Shown here: positions 37,863 through 48,982 of the stretch, in pieces
Layout: every line of letters starts with the position of its first letter
Position numbering within the stretch: position 1 is the first letter of the stretch
Program-made: the position numbers and the translations under genes
DNA from: Toensbergia leucococca
Lineage: Eukaryota
Assembly (NCBI GenBank): GCA_022813965.1
Contig: JALDZS010000141.1
Span: 1-63,801, forward strand
Length of the DNA stretch: 63,801 nucleotides
Direction: 5' to 3'
The notes under the pieces: model-generated
Database searches by the model: none
Seen by the model: only the letters and a program-made list of their open reading frames with translations
What the model was told of the DNA's origin: nothing

Positions 37863-39461
37863 TCAAAGTCCATAGCGGGCCCTACGGTCCGGGTCGTACT
37901 CTCCAGGATATCTCCTCGGCGGCGAGGGATACGCTGTCCGACCCAACCTGCTTTGATGAAGCAGGTCATCGATCTCCCTTTCCCTTCGCTCCCTCTCCAA
38001 TTCTTTCAGTCTCTCGCGCTCCATAGCTCTTATGCGTTCCTGCTCCTCTCTCAACCTCTCTCGCTCTATTGCTCTGAAACGTTCCTGCTCCTCTCTTATT
38101 CTTTCTCTCTCCAACTGCCTGAGTCTTTCATGCTCGAATCTTGTTCGCTCCTGTTCTCGATCCCTCCTGATTTTCTCCCTCTCCTCTTCCCTTACCTTCT
38201 CCCTCTCTTCTTCCCTTACCCTTTCCATGTGCCTTACCCTTTCCATTTCCATTTCCATTTCTCTCACCCTTTCCCTCTCTCTCTCCCGTACTCTCTCCCG
38301 TTCTCTATCTCGCTCTCTATCCCGCTCTTTCTCCCTTTCTATCACTACCAAGTCGTCGTAGAAAGACTTCGTTCGAGCAGGGTCTTCGAGTGGCCTTGAT
38401 TTATAGACTGAAGGCCGACGAGTTGGTGATGCCAAGCCTCTCAAATCGTGTTGCTGATCAACGTATGGTGGCGAGCGCCCACGCACTGGATAAGCCGAGG
38501 GTCGACGGGAAGACGACGGCCGATCGCGGGAAGTGCTAGCCGGGGTGATTATACGGTAACCCTCTGGGTAGCTTTTGCTACTGCGATATGTGGGAGTTGG
38601 TGATTTGCGTCGATGCTCACGGACGGCTGGACGATGGCCATCGTGGTGTTTCTTGCCTCCGCCATGAAAATTGGGAACATTGTGAGCATTGTGTTGATCT
38701 TCGCTAGAAACCTCAGTATTGGGCGTGTCATCTGTACCACCCTCGGAGGAAGAGTCGGTAATATTGATGATTCGAGGCCCACCATCATGATGATGTATTT
38801 CGGGTTGCGGCTGAAGATGCGGAACACCGGGGTTGTCGCCGTTCATCCATGGCCCATGAGGATGAGGCTGTGCAAATGAGTGCTCTACGAATTGGCTGCC
38901 GCCAGCAGCGTTGAAAGGGATGTGTGGGCCCCCTGAAACTTGAGTAATCTTGGGTCGGAACTGTCGTCTCAGTATAACTTCCATGAATGTCGTCTCCTTC
39001 ATTGACCTGCCAATGTTTCGCTCCTCACACTTGATTGAGGCTAGCTTGTGCTCGAACATGGGATCATTGTCTGACAAGGATCTTTCCTCAATGAGGCGGT
39101 CGATTTGACCTCGCTTTAGAATATCTAACGCATTGTATTGCTTGGATATCGGAATGCCTTTCCTCTTCCGCAGATTGACTCTCGCTTCGAGCTTGTCCTG
39201 AGTCTCTTGCATCGGAACCTTGATCGCTCTGGCCCATGATCGTTTCTGCCCAGGGTATTCGGGCTCGAGTTTCGTGAAGGTGAAACCTTCGTACATGATA
39301 GCTCCATTGCTGTTGAAAAGCGGGATGCTTGTCTCGGACGGAAAGCCAGCAGGGTGGCCGAACTGCGGGGAGTTCAAGTGCATCCTCTCGAAGTCAGCCG
39401 GTAAACCTGGAGCCCCACCATGGCTAGGAGGGAGAGGTGGCACGGGGGGAACATGGGACAT
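37863..39461 (-). CDS. Hypothetical protein with a Pro/His-rich region and a Glu/Arg-rich charged helix
   Basis: 532-aa intronless ORF; globular-looking YEGFTFTK...SWARA...EHKLASIK...VILRR segment. Confidence 0.75.
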   Translation of the reverse strand: MSHVPPVPPLPPSHGGAPGLPADFERMHLNSPQFGHPAGFPSETSIPLFNSNGAIMYEGFTFTKLEPEYPGQKRSWARAIKVPMQETQDKLEARVNLRKRKGIPISKQYNALDILKRGQIDRLIEERSLSDNDPMFEHKLASIKCEERNIGRSMKETTFMEVILRRQFRPKITQVSGGPHIPFNAAGGSQFVEHSFAQPHPHGPWMNGDNPGVPHLQPQPEIHHHDGGPRIINITDSSSEGGTDDTPNTEVSSEDQHNAHNVPNFHGGGKKHHDGHRPAVREHRRKSPTPTYRSSKSYPEGYRIITPASTSRDRPSSSRRPSAYPVRGRSPPYVDQQHDLRGLASPTRRPSVYKSRPLEDPARTKSFYDDLVVIEREKERDRERDRERERVRERERERVREMEMEMERVRHMERVREEEREKVREEEREKIRRDREQERTRFEHERLRQLERERIREEQERFRAIERERLREEQERIRAMERERLKELERERREREIDDLLHQSRLGRTAYPSPPRRYPGEYDPDRRARYGL

Positions 39462-41601
39462 GGTTGATGGGTAGACAGCGGCGTCGGGCGTAGTAGCAAT
39501 GATTAGGTAGATAGGAAAGGGAATAAGTGTCAGTGTAATGAGTGAAGCTGAGAGATTGTAAAAGAAGACGGGCGATCAAGACAAGGGCAAGCCTTGCTAT
39601 AAGAGATGGATGCCCCGTGACAAAAGGTGAAAAAAGTGAGGCTCGATCTCACACCCTCAAGGAATATTTGGAAAGGGAAAGGGTTGGAAGGATTCCAGTT
39701 TGATGTCACCAATGGCGAGACTGCTGCCTTGTTAGACATTGTGAGTAGTTCGCCCAGCTACGCTGAGGAAGCCTGGAAGTATGACTCTAGTTGGGCGTAT
39801 TTTAGATCAATGCGGGGAATTCAATGGAACTGATGCGAGTGGGCGCTGCGCCCCGGCAATTAGTGGCCGATAAGCGTAACGAATTGCAGAACAAGGAGCT
39901 CAGAGCCTGTACATTTGGACTGCACAATAGGTAAGGTAGTAAAATAGGTACGTTTTTTATCTTCATGGTGCGCCCTGTAGGTAAGTGTCCAAGATACCTA
40001 GGCTGTTGGCATCATTGGTCAGCTTGGATGAAAGCCGCTAACATTTGCCAATTGGGGGCATCAAAACACCCTTGACAGCTCTGTTGGTATTTACCTTACT
40101 CGATACGAGTGACTCGTGGACATTCTGACATTACAGATCGACAGGCGCCGCCAGTGCATGGAATCCTCGAGACTAAGTAAGCGCCCCGACACATTCTTCT
40201 AATTTTCAGCACTCAACATCCTTGATATTGACCCGAGCCTGCGGACAATGGGCAATCTCAGGTATCATGCCGTGCAATTGCACTTGGAGCCAAGCCAGCT
40301 GACGAAACGCGGGAACGCCCTGTCGAGGCGAAGTCGTCACCGTGGTAGTGAACCGGCTCGCGGTAACTAAATAGGCGTCCACGGCGCAAGGCAGAGATTG
40401 AAAAACGCCCGAGGCAGACACGCTAGAACAATCCAATTACCATCGAGACTTGAGTCGAAACGCCATCTGTTGCCCCAGCTCAGAGCTTTGCGCGAATTCT
40501 CCATCTGTTTTATAGTATGGCATAAGGATGGTAGGAAGGTAGTTTGTATCTCTGTAACTACCTAGTCTGGTGTTACGCCTGCAAGCCATCTACATTAGTC
40601 TCAGCCAGTATCCTTTTCACCGGTGCTGCATGTTCATCATGAGGTACATCAGACATGTATGTGATGTACAACATATTTACCGCAAATGTACGACACCTGT
40701 CAGGTAGTCTCAAGTCAATTGTTCCCGACTCCGTCGGCATCTAGGAGTAGTCTCCCTGTACCGTTCGTGCTTTCCTTGTCGCTGCTCGCTACCGCAGTCT
40801 GAGAAGTCTAAAGTTTGACCGGCCAGTGGGGCGCTCAACCGGTGAAGCCTACCTTGCGAGCTTAGCTGAGGTACCTACCTTATTCTACCCACGAGCAATG
40901 CTACGAGTGTGTAATTCGATTACACCCTCCCGATCATCAACAAACATACAAGTACATCCTTGCTAACTCTACTGACCGGTTGTGATGAGCACGCAAAGGC
41001 CAGCCTATTTGCCGAAAAAGGATTCGTAAGTCGAGACCCAAGCTTCGAGGGTTTCATCAAGACTGCATAACTTGGCGAAGGATGAGGTATTTTTTGGTAA
41101 GGTAGGCAAGACCATTCCGTTTGTCCATGTCTGTCGCCCAGCACCCAATATCACACATGGCAAGCGCCATCCGAAGCACAACAAAGGCATTCAAGGATTG
41201 TCTCAAACACATCTCGCTAGGATTGGATTCCTTCATTATTACTCGTAGCTGAAGGTAAGCCTAAGTAATCTATGGACGATTTTTGCCTCAAGCGCAGTAG
41301 CCCAGCTGCGTGCAACGCAAAACACATTAGGTATTACCATCTATTTCTTCTCTATGCAACCGCCACGCAAGCAATTGATGTAAAAGCCTGCCACCCGTAT
41401 CTAACAAAGCAAGCTGACAAGCTATAATGCCAAACACCCATTGATAATTCCGTGATACGGACGTGTCGATGACGTACAGCCGGCGCGTGTGTCTCATCTA
41501 GTATCGAAAGATCCATAAGATATTGAAAATGCCGTATTTGGGTTGGGTCGGCCTTGCACACGAGCGGGATGATGTACAAGTAATCAACAGGACATGACAA
41601 C

Positions 41602-43665
41602 CTATCTCAATGGCAGCTTGACATCTTGCACGCCCCTCTTTAGCACTTCATCCAATGACCATCTTGGTGGCTGAACTTCCGATTCGCTGCGTGCATTGCC
41701 TTTCTCTGCTCGCTTCCACTCCTTCTCCATTTCAGCCGTGACGCCCTCCGGCAAAGGCAAGGCACCACCCGCAATACCAGAAGAGAATTTGAGCTGCAGG
41801 ATGTTACCGATTTCATCACATGCGGCAAGCAACCTGTCCAAGTCGTCCTTTGTATGTGCTGCAGACACACAGAATCTGGCTCTTGCTGAAACGAGAGGGG
41901 TAGCAGGGTATCCGACTATGACCACTGAAATCTTCCGTCTTAGCATTTCATGTGAAAAAGCTGATATCTTGGCCGGGTGATAGACAAGTAGGGGAATGAT
42001 AGGTGAATCATCGTTGCCGTAGATAATGAATCCGAGGCGCTTTAATCCGAGACGTAAATAGCGAGAATTGAACCCGAGTCGTTGAAGTCTTTCTTCGCCT
42101 TGCCCGGGGAAGATGTCTCCACTAATGAGCCTCAATGCTGCTGAAATCTGGGCAAGGACACATGGTGTTGGAGCTTCTCCGTAGATCGAGCCAGCATTCG
42201 TGACCCTCAATTTATCAATCATGGCTTTATCGCCGGCGACGTAGCCACCATTGGCACCAAATGACTTGGTAAGCGTACCCATCAATATGTCTACTTCGGA
42301 AGGATTGATGCCGAAATAGTCACAAACTCCTCTTCCCTTCGGGCCAAGTGCGCCAACAGAGTGAGCTTCATCAACAAAGAGGTTGAATTTGTACTTTTTC
42401 TTCAGGGCCAGTATACTGGGAAGGTTACACATTGAACCTTCCATAGAATATAGACCTTCGACCACGACTAGAATTTTTTTCCAAGGTCTATGCGTCCGTG
42501 GCTGGCCCTGGGAAATAACTTCTCGCAGAAGTCTCTCAAGATCTTTGATATCATTGTGCTTGAACATGTCAATCATGGCTCCAGATAACCTTGCACCAAA
42601 TCGTATTGAAGCGTGGTTCAGTTCATCCGATATTATGAGACAGCCCTTACCCACGAGGGCTGGGAAAGCGCTTGCGTTGGTTCCGAAGCCCATAGAAAAA
42701 AGCATGGCTGAAGGTTTACCAACGAATCTCGCAATGAGCTCTTCCAATTCCACAAGAAGCTCCGAATTGCCAGCCTCGCCTGCAGAACCAGCGAGACTCA
42801 GGCCGTACTTCTTCACTGTTTCCTCGACTGCATCGGCACAAGGACCCTCGGATTGTGCAAACCCAAGATAATTGTAAGAGCTCATATTCAAAGTCTCGGA
42901 AGTAGTTCCCGTAAACTGGAAATGAAGATTGTGGTCGTCTGAGGTTCGATCTAGCAAAGTGATGTATCTCCCCGGTACCCCTGTCACTGGCCGCGAAAAA
43001 CAGTCATTGATTCGCATCTTCAACCTCCTCACATAGAAATTGTCGAAGTCGCTATTCAATGGTGCATAGCCATTCCGTGCCTGCAAATGCCGGTAGTTCT
43101 CCTCTCGAAATCGCTTGCCAAAGAAGTCTCTGACATGCCCAAATATTATTAGGATTAAGTAGCTGATGTAAGTCGTGAGGACGTAATAGTAGGGAGGCTC
43201 ATCCAAGACTGGATCAGGATAGGCTCCTCCTTGGTGTCGACTGGTATACCGATGACTTTGGTGTCCCAATGGGCCAAATTGCGCATGTTGTCTTGCCAAT
43301 CGTCGTGCTTCGGCCGGGGACGGTGGCTGGAAGAGCGTGGTTGGTGGCTCATCCATGTTTGCGCTATCTGCTGTAGCTGTTGAGAGAGAAATTGTTGGTA
43401 GTGACAGTGATGCAGAGCTGATCTGCTGGGAAGGCGAACTAAGGAAAGACTGATGCTGGGCAGTAGCAGCAGCCAAAAGTGCAGCCGTTGCAGTCTGAGT
43501 CTCGCTCTTAGATTTGGGGGACGTAGAGAAGAATTGTACTATTCGGTTTGATTTGGATGTAGATGGCCTGCGGGGCATGTCAATTCTTTCGCTCGAGGTA
43601 GAGACAGTCGGTGCGCTGTTAGACGGTGTACTGCTGGCGAATGGATTTGCAGGTCTTCGAGGCAT
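41602..43665 (-). CDS. LCB2: Serine palmitoyltransferase subunit 2
   Basis: LNMSSYNYLGFA, SDELNHASI, DEAHSVGALG, GTLTKSFG (PLP lysine); intronless. Confidence 0.97.
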   Translation of the reverse strand: MPRRPANPFASSTPSNSAPTVSTSSERIDMPRRPSTSKSNRIVQFFSTSPKSKSETQTATAALLAAATAQHQSFLSSPSQQISSASLSLPTISLSTATADSANMDEPPTTLFQPPSPAEARRLARQHAQFGPLGHQSHRYTSRHQGGAYPDPVLDEPPYYYVLTTYISYLILIIFGHVRDFFGKRFREENYRHLQARNGYAPLNSDFDNFYVRRLKMRINDCFSRPVTGVPGRYITLLDRTSDDHNLHFQFTGTTSETLNMSSYNYLGFAQSEGPCADAVEETVKKYGLSLAGSAGEAGNSELLVELEELIARFVGKPSAMLFSMGFGTNASAFPALVGKGCLIISDELNHASIRFGARLSGAMIDMFKHNDIKDLERLLREVISQGQPRTHRPWKKILVVVEGLYSMEGSMCNLPSILALKKKYKFNLFVDEAHSVGALGPKGRGVCDYFGINPSEVDILMGTLTKSFGANGGYVAGDKAMIDKLRVTNAGSIYGEAPTPCVLAQISAALRLISGDIFPGQGEERLQRLGFNSRYLRLGLKRLGFIIYGNDDSPIIPLLVYHPAKISAFSHEMLRRKISVVIVGYPATPLVSARARFCVSAAHTKDDLDRLLAACDEIGNILQLKFSSGIAGGALPLPEGVTAEMEKEWKRAEKGNARSESEVQPPRWSLDEVLKRGVQDVKLPLR

Positions 43666-44435
43666 CTTAGTGGTACGCAAAGGAATTTCTGAGTTTCGCT
43701 CAATTCTGGAAGTTGGCTACTGCAATCAATGACACTTGTAGAATGGGGTCTCGAAGATTTGGTGCCAATGTGGTCGTGAGGTGAAGTGACAGATATCGGG
43801 GCAGATGTAGGCAGACCAAAAGGTTGATCGAGGAGTGAGTCTGTCTTGGGTGAATTAATGAAGTCAAGCTTTTTCGAGCCGAGTGCCGAGGGACGACTGA
43901 TGCTGGCAGCGATGTAGAATGTGGCAACTATCCGAGTATGCAGCGACAAAGGCTTTTGAAGTACGGAGTATTAAAGCGCGTAGATGCCAAAGGAGCAGGT
44001 CTGACAGAGAGATGATAACAAAGTAACGATCCGTGAGCTTCCGAAGGGTGTGATCAGTTTGCATAGAATAGTGCTTTTCATACCACCACTTGCATTTGTG
44101 CGATTAGGTGGAGTGTAAGTCGGACAAGCAACAAGGACAAAGAAAGGGATGATGGAGAGAGGGGAGGAGAGGGGAGATTAGTACATGCCACCGATGAGCA
44201 ACGGCTGGGGGAGATTACACATTTTACCTTAGTCAGGGGATGAGGAAGGCGATGAAGCATGCGACAATCCAGGCCCAGTATTATGTAAGCCAAACTAGCG
44301 TCGGCCAGGGTGAACAGAAATCATTCGAGGATTGATGGGGAAATAAGGCTGCAAACCACCAATGATTTCTATTCTATTGCCTGCTGGTGGTCAACTCAAC
44401 GGATCTGGATAGGTAGCAAAGTGCCTCGTCACACT

Positions 44436-46734
44436 ATGGAAACAGATCATCCGGCTCAGCAGTCGACCAGTCCAAGCAAGACTACCCTCTCCCACAAAAT
44501 GTTATGGGAGCATCGAAACCCTACCGCAACACGCCTGCAGGCCTTCAAAAGATTAATAGAGAATAAACACCATTTGGCCTTCGAAGACTATGAAGCCCTC
44601 AGACAATGGAGCATAACCGATCTTGCTACCTTCTGGGACGAAATCTGGCATTTCACTGGCATTCGAGCTTCGACAACCTATGACAAGGTATTCTCAAATC
44701 ACTATATACTACAAGAAGAAAAGCTCTGATATGCTGTGTAGGTCATCAGTAAAGACGCTGCCATGTTTCCTCGTCCACCTTTCTTTCAGGGTGCAAAGAT
44801 AAACTTTGCCGAAAATCTACTTTATCCCAGTTGCAATCCGAGTGAGCATTCTCTAGCCATCATTGCTGCCACCGAAGAAACACGAGAACGCCTGACATGG
44901 AAGCAACTTCGGGAAAGAGTTTCGCGATGTACTGCAGCCATGAAGGCGCTCGGAATCAAGGAGGGGGACAGGATTGCGGCCTACGTCTCTAATCACGCTA
45001 GTGCTGTAGTGGCCATGCTGTCTACGACCTCCATCGGAGCTATTTGGACTGCTGTGTCTCCTGATACTGGCGTTCAGGCTGTCTTGGATAGAGTGCAGCA
45101 AATTGAGCCGGTGCTCCTTTTTGCTGATAACGCAGTCATGTACAATGGGAAGATCCACAATGTTCATGATAAGTTGCAACAAATAGTACGAGAACTCCCG
45201 CAACTGCAAGCTACCGTCGTTTTTGAGACGATTTCCGCGTATGACTTCAATTTTGACGACATTATGTTATCTGATGGAACAGCCTGCTGCATGTACCAAG
45301 ACTTCATTAGATCAGCAGAAGCTGAAGCAGAACCATATTTTGCGCAGCTTCCCCCAGACCACCCAGTCTATATCCTATACTCTTCCGGAACTACTGGAAA
45401 GCCAAAATGCATAACTCACGGGTGTATTGGTACTCTGATTCAGCATAAAAAAGAACATGAATTACAGTGTGACATACACGTAGGGGATCGCCTCTTCTAC
45501 TTCACTACCTGCACATGTGAGACTATTTTTTCTCATCTCTATTACATTTTGCAAACCACTGTCTTATCAGGTGCGCCCCTATTGTAGCCAAGTCACTCCA
45601 CTAACTACATGTACATGGATGATGTGGCATTGGCTAGTATCGGGCCTCGCAAGTGGCTCCACTATCATTCTCTACGATGGGTCTCCCTTCAGACCACTCG
45701 ATACCCATGGTGATGGTGAATTAGCCATGCCTCGACTAATTGAAGAGCTTGGGATCACACATTTTGGTACTTCGGCCAAGTACTTGTCCATCTTGGAGCA
45801 GAAGGGGACCTTACCAAAGCAGACGTTGTCGTTGACAACTCTTAGAGCCATATATAGCACAGGCAGTCCACTTGCACCATCGACATTCGAGTATGTCTAT
45901 CGTGCATTTGGTCCTCACATCAACCTTGGAAGCATCACTGGGGGAACAGACATCATCTCTCTTTTCGGCGCGCCGTCTCAACTATCGCCTGTCTATGCCG
46001 GCGAGATCCAAGTAAGAGGTCTGGGAATGGCTGTAGAGACATGGGACTACGAAGGTAAGAATATCACGAACACCGGTGAACCAGGAGATCTTGTCTGCAT
46101 AAAGCCGTTCCCTTCCCAACCGGTCATGTTTTGGGGAACAGACGGGGAGGAAGTCTACAAGAAGAGCTACTTCAAGACGTTTCCAGGTGTATGGCACCAT
46201 GGAGATTTCGTGAGAATAAATCCTGCAACCGGTGGAATGATCATGCTGGGACGTAGCGACGGTGTTCTGAAACCAGCAGGGGTCCGATTTGGCAGCGCTG
46301 AAATCTACAACATTCTATCAAAGCATTTTCCCGAAATCGAAGATGCACTTTGCATTGGGCGAAGAAGAGCAACCGATGCGGACGAAATTGTTGTTCTCTT
46401 CGTCAAGATGGCTCAGGGTAAGACTTTCTCCAAGGACTTGGCCGGAAAAATCCAGAGTATTGTTAGAAGAGAGCTTAGTGCGAGGCATGTTCCTGGTATC
46501 ATCGATGAATGCCTCGAAATACCGGTCACAACCAATGGCAAAAAGTATGTTGTCTACTCATGAAAACAAATGGCTAATAAATGTTCAAATTTATTAGAGA
46601 CGAAGCTGATGATTACGATTAGAATTGAGGTCGCCATTAAACAAATCTTATGTGGAATGAACGTCAAGACGTCTGCTTCGGTAGCCAATGTAAAATGCCT
46701 CGATTGGTATCGAAATTGGAACGATATGAACTGA
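44436..46734 (+). CDS. Acetoacetyl-CoA synthetase
   Basis: INFAENLL, YILYSSGTTGKPKCITH, WMMWHWL, SITGGTDIIS, WHHGDF, GRSDGVLKPAGVRFGSAEIY; introns 44688-44741 and 46545-46622 plus an atypical one at ~45515-45616. Confidence 0.9.
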
Positions 46735-46856
46735 TGATTTGTTCTTGTATGAGAGGTCAAACTATCCGCTACTCAGGAAGAGACAGGTCCCTCGACACAA
46801 ATAGATTTAGGCTGAATATAGCATCGTTCCATGAAATTCGCTGCATTCATCAATCA

Positions 46857-48845
46857 TCAAGCGGCGTTAAACCTATCTACTGCGGCACTGGTTCTTTTCA
46901 TCGCCTCTGGAGCGTCAAACGGATCCATGAAGATTTCCACCAGCTGAAGGAGACGAAGTCAATTTTAGTACCAATTAAAAAGAGCAACGTTTGAAGGTAA
47001 ATACTGACCTGTGCCGTCTCACATGCATTGAAAGCTACATCACTGAAAAGCCTCTCGACGTCTTCGGAAGTACGGACTTGATGCGATTTTGACTCGATGC
47101 CAGGACCGAAAACATGCAGCATTTCGCAATATTTCCACTCTGGGATGTCGTTGTACCCTTCATGCATGCCGTGAATCATACGCTCCACTGTGTATCTAGG
47201 GAAAGAGGTCAGCGTTGAACAATCATACTGCCATATTTCATGTTCCCTGTATACCCTTTGTTATTGATCACGAAACTTTTACAACGTTAGCAAGCTGTAT
47301 GTGGAGTGATCATACTCCGACGCTTACATGATAGGTTTGACGTCGTGGCGTAGCAGGTCTGCGAATGCCTGTATTGTCAATTGCAATGACCCATCACCAG
47401 TGAACAATAGCAAACGTTTGTACTTGACACCAGCTTCTCTTGCCGCAATGAAAGCGCCGACTGCGGAGCCCGTAGCAAATCCAATACTGCCAAATACCGT
47501 CTGATTATACAGCGAAATACCCCCAGGTAGACCCGCATCAGCCATCCCAAAGGCGGATGTTCCAGTCTCCGTGATCACAAGGTCTCCTGCTCTGAAGAAA
47601 TGGCCACATCGGGTCCAGAACCATTCCTGGGATATGTGTTTGCTACAAGGTGGATCTGTCCTCGGGCGAGGCTCGCAAGGCATTCCGCCCTTTGCACTAG
47701 CATTCATCAATGGCTTACTCTTCATGGACTCAATGAGCTTTGGCAGTAGGTAATCCATCTTAAGATCGAACTTTTCTGATCCAATCTAGGCTCTCTTAGA
47801 TGAAGCTTCTTCCTCCCATTTGGGACAAGGCACTGTACTTACTGACACCCAGAATCTTTCGAAGTCGATGATAACCTTTGGCTTTACCGTTTCCGAGAAC
47901 TCGCCAGTATTAAAGTCACTGGGATAGTTGCCGATCCAAAGGACGCACTCCGCACTCTCTACGGCTGTCTTGACATCTTCCTTTGATGCGCTACCTCCAT
48001 ACAGTCCTCCGTATCGCGGATGTCGCTCACTTATGCATCCTTTGCTCATGAGGGTCGTGAAAAAGGGAAGATTGGTTGTGTCGATCAGCTCTTTGGCCTT
48101 CTGCACGACATCGTGTCTCACTGCACCGCCATCAACAATGATGATTGCGCTGTCATGTGTTTCCAGCCTACGGCGAATTTCTTCGACAACCTTTGATTCT
48201 AACGCCTTGTCTTCATTCGGAGGCAAAGACGTGGCAATGGGTGTCTGTAGGCCTGAGCTACTAACCATCTCGAAACAGACGTCTGTTGGAACCCCAATAT
48301 AGCATGGTTGTCTATGAAACAGCATTGCGCTCAGGCAACGATCAATTTCAGAAGCGGCGGTTGCCGAGTCCATGAGCACTGTTGTTGCACAGGAAATTTG
48401 CTTCGACATTTCATGATACATCCTGTAATCTTATCAATAGCCGCTCAAAAGTCAGGCCGAAAGCTTTAGTATGTGCTTACCCGTATTTCCCGTCCCCCAA
48501 GGAATGGTGAAGAATGGCTCCCGCCTTCTGAGCTTTCACACTTGGATATCCAACGATGTGGATGATTGGAACAAATTCGCAGTATCCGCCCGCAATTCCA
48601 CACAGTGCCGAGAGCTCCCCAGGCCCAAACGTAGTGACTAAAGCTCCTACTCCAGCAATCCGTCCATAGCCGTCCGCAGCATAGGAGCCGATAAGCTCGT
48701 TAGGATTTCCTTTCCAGCTGAGTTCCGCTTTGGTCACTAGATCGAGCAGAGCCAATTCAAAGTCTCCCGGTACACCGAATACGGATTTGACACCCAGCTG
48801 CTTGACTCGCTCCATGAGATACGTTCCTACCACTATGCTGGCCAT
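46857..48845 (-). CDS. PDC: Pyruvate/2-oxoacid decarboxylase (TPP-dependent)
   Basis: VFGVPGDF, NELIGSYAADGY, TTFGPGELSA, ETGTSAFG, GDGSLQLT...NNKGYTVER; six exons including a ~21-nt microexon. Confidence 0.92.
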
Positions 48846-48971
48846 GGTCTTGTATGTCAAATTTAAAAAAGTTGACCGGACGGCTCGGTAATAGGGCTCG
48901 AATATCTTCAAGGGTATGCGTTTCAAGTCAATGAGAATTTGGATAAGAAGGAATAAGTGCCGTACTTGTTC

Positions 48972-48982
48972 CTTTTTATATA
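48972..48982 (-). promoter_or_regulatory. TATA box upstream of PDC
   Basis: TATATAAAAAG on the minus strand ~130 nt before the ATG. Confidence 0.55.

Noticed and set aside
37857..38399. Plus-strand Leu/Ser/Phe-rich ORFs
   Set aside because: Antisense of the ER-repeat coding region.
39500..41600. Gene in the interval between the hypothetical gene and LCB2
   Set aside because: Only short ORFs with no recognisable domain or consistent exon chain.
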